A DNA stretch of 17,671 bases from assembly GCA_020697715.1 (NCBI GenBank), contig JAEHCO010000012.1:1-17671 (forward strand). The letters run 5' to 3'. Source of the stretch: Methanobacteriota archaeon (GTDB lineage: Archaea; Thermoplasmatota; Thermoplasmata; SG8-5; JAGLSY01). Each line of letters opens with the position of its first letter. The stretch's first letter is position 1. The notes below the pieces were generated by a model that saw only the letters and a list, made by a program, of their open reading frames with translations, was not told the origin of the DNA and did no database searches. This document shows positions 15,907-17,671 of this stretch, piece after piece. A program made the position numbers and the translations under genes.

Positions 15907-17339
15907 TGCTGGATTTCGTCCTTTCCAAGATGACATGGCTTATAACTTCGATACTGGTCATGTCATTCATTGTCGGCTTCTATCAGATACAGGTTGACAC
16001 CATAGATGAGAACATGCTACAGGGTGCGACCCATGAAGTCGAGCGTGTGATCAAAAGATTGGATGGGATCAATGGAGAGATGAATGTCAATTTCACCTTT
16101 GACAGATATTATTCTTACCGTTCGTTCTACCTGCCTGGCAAGGTCGGGGGCGAGATCTATAAATTCTCATTCTATGAGAGCTATATCAGAGGCACGTCTC
16201 TTTCAGGAGATATCGACATACCCCTGCGATTTGGAACCAATATCCAGCCACTGCAGATGGGAAATCAGACCAATGTGGAATTGAATGAACTTCTTGAGAA
16301 TCCACAGGAATCCTATGTGAGCAAACTGACAGTTTATTCTAATCAGGATTTTGGAGTTGCCAGTCGTTATGTCGAGGGAGAGGGCTACAAAGTATTCGTA
16401 TTTTTGTTCACAGACACGGTATTCTATTCTGCGTCTGATGATGATGGAAAGCAATTACTGTATGGGAGCAGTGAGGCTCCAAAGATCAATAATATCACAG
16501 CCACACCAGACCCCCAGGAAATAGATAATATGATGAACATCACATTGGATGTGAAAGGCGATCATATAAGCCGTGTATTCCATTCCATCAAGGATCCCAA
16601 TGGGGAAATAGCGACCACGACAATGATAAAGGGCAATGATACAGAGTATTACTATGAGACCAACTGCACCATGGTTGGTGAATATTCATATAAAGTATGG
16701 GCTAGGGATGTATTTGGCCGTATAGACTTCACAGAAGACTGGCAGACATTCGATATTATAGACACTATGCCACCATTTTTGTACGATGTACTGATAAATC
16801 ATAATCCTCAGGAAAGCGGCGATAGGGTCATATTCTACGTTAGTGCTTCAGATGCCGATGCGGTGGAGAGTGTTTATGTAAATACCACTGCCCCCAATGG
16901 TGCTAAGAGACATTATAGCATGACCCCCACCACGGGAGATCGATGGACATTCAGTGTAGAGCTGATAGCCACTGGCGAATATTTCTACGATTTCTCCGCT
17001 GTTGATCCATCAGGGAACTGGAGGGTCATAGTTGGTTATTCATTCAAGATCGAAGATACTATTAAACCATCGATAGTTAGCTTCGGAGCTTCACCACTTT
17101 CCCAGATTGTGAATAAATCTGTATATTTCAATGCCACTGTAATGGACATCGTGGGCGTGAAATCCGTGACTCTCCAGGTATCTAGGCAGAACATCGGAAT
17201 GTTGCGTGTCAGCGGCGACCTGTGGTCCATAGATAGGTCCTTCTCCAAGGTAGGAACTTACATCTATGTCATTGTCGCCCTGGACGATAGCGGTAATACA
17301 AGGACAGTTTCCGGAACAGTGAATATCACCGATCCTTAG
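15906..17339 (+). CDS. Membrane-anchored pilin-like protein with three C-terminal Ig-like repeats
   Basis: N-terminal hydrophobic helix MLDFVLSKMTWLITSILVMSFIVGF followed by an amphipathic helix; three ~95-aa repeats (P.I.....P.PQE...G.Y.Y...A.D..GN; DTxxP junctions) from about 16479. TGATG overlap with the HerA gene and AGGTGA SD (TTG 15903 is an alternative start). Confidence 0.8.
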   Translation: MLDFVLSKMTWLITSILVMSFIVGFYQIQVDTIDENMLQGATHEVERVIKRLDGINGEMNVNFTFDRYYSYRSFYLPGKVGGEIYKFSFYESYIRGTSLSGDIDIPLRFGTNIQPLQMGNQTNVELNELLENPQESYVSKLTVYSNQDFGVASRYVEGEGYKVFVFLFTDTVFYSASDDDGKQLLYGSSEAPKINNITATPDPQEIDNMMNITLDVKGDHISRVFHSIKDPNGEIATTTMIKGNDTEYYYETNCTMVGEYSYKVWARDVFGRIDFTEDWQTFDIIDTMPPFLYDVLINHNPQESGDRVIFYVSASDADAVESVYVNTTAPNGAKRHYSMTPTTGDRWTFSVELIATGEYFYDFSAVDPSGNWRVIVGYSFKIEDTIKPSIVSFGASPLSQIVNKSVYFNATVMDIVGVKSVTLQVSRQNIGMLRVSGDLWSIDRSFSKVGTYIYVIVALDDSGNTRTVSGTVNITDP

Positions 17340-17378
17340 AGTGAGTACCCACTCCAAGGGAAACCCCAGGGCTTTCCC
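17339..17378 (+). terminator. Two small hairpins after the operon (possible 3' end structure)
   Basis: GAGTG-agtacc-CACTC (17339-17354) and GGGAAA-CCC-ca-GGG-c-TTTCCC (17358-17378). Confidence 0.35.
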
Positions 17379-17394
17379 GAAACTCATTTAAATA
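17378..17394 (+). promoter_or_regulatory. BRE-TATA promoter for a leaderless downstream gene
   Basis: CGAAACTCA-TTTAAATA; TATA box at 17387-17394, ATG at 17417 with no SD, spacing typical of leaderless archaeal mRNA. Confidence 0.6.
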
Positions 17395-17416
17395 CATATA
17401 TCGCATTAATCAGTAT

Positions 17417-17671
17417 ATGAATGGAAAGATGAAGGGCTTGATAATTATCACCATAATAATGATAGTACTTGGCGTGCTGGTCAATCCCATATTCCCAATA
17501 GGATTTGGGGCCCTGCTATTACTAATTGTTTGGAACTCCATAGATGCATATGGTGGAAATCCACACAAACAAAGGATGAAGCGAGATGGGAGATCCCCCC
17601 TCTATAAATCCTCCTACAGAATTAATGAAACAAATAAGAATGTGGAAGAAAAAAAATCAGGTGTCAATTCA
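17417..17671 (+). CDS. Small membrane protein, N-terminal fragment (partial)
   Basis: Open to the window end: MNGKMKGLIIITIIMIVLGVLVNPIFPIGFGALLLLIVWNSIDAYGG... two hydrophobic segments followed by a charged region. Confidence 0.6.
   Translation, partial: MNGKMKGLIIITIIMIVLGVLVNPIFPIGFGALLLLIVWNSIDAYGGNPHKQRMKRDGRSPLYKSSYRINETNKNVEEKKSGVNS

Noticed and set aside
17339-17386. tRNA or SECIS-like element
   Set aside because: Too short, no D/T-loop consensus, and no in-frame TGA readthrough candidate in the upstream gene.

Overview
Archaeal DNA, probably Thermoplasmatota (inferred from GGAGGTGA/GGTGA Shine-Dalgarno sites, BRE-TATA promoters, CARDB-rich surface proteins and 'RWYC' zinc ribbons). 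The window is almost entirely one divergently transcribed type IV pilus / T2SS-like surface-structure locus. The + strand operon (3262-17339) encodes two small class III-signal (pilin-like) proteins, a 1792-aa giant pilin-adhesin fusion that also has a C-terminal membrane anchor, a stand-alone 8-Cys protein, a VirB11/TadA-type assembly ATPase, a fused TadB/TadC-type membrane platform, a HerA/FtsK-superfamily ATPase and a membrane-anchored pilin-like protein with three Ig-like repeats. The - strand operon (3061-145) encodes a cytoplasmic CDC48-N-like / zinc-ribbon / VWA protein and two more pilin-like proteins. The flanks are the 3' end of a nitroreductase-like gene (left) and the 5' end of a small membrane protein (right). 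No prepilin peptidase, RNA genes, CRISPR arrays or mobile elements were recognised. All family calls come from motif reading by eye, not from database searches.
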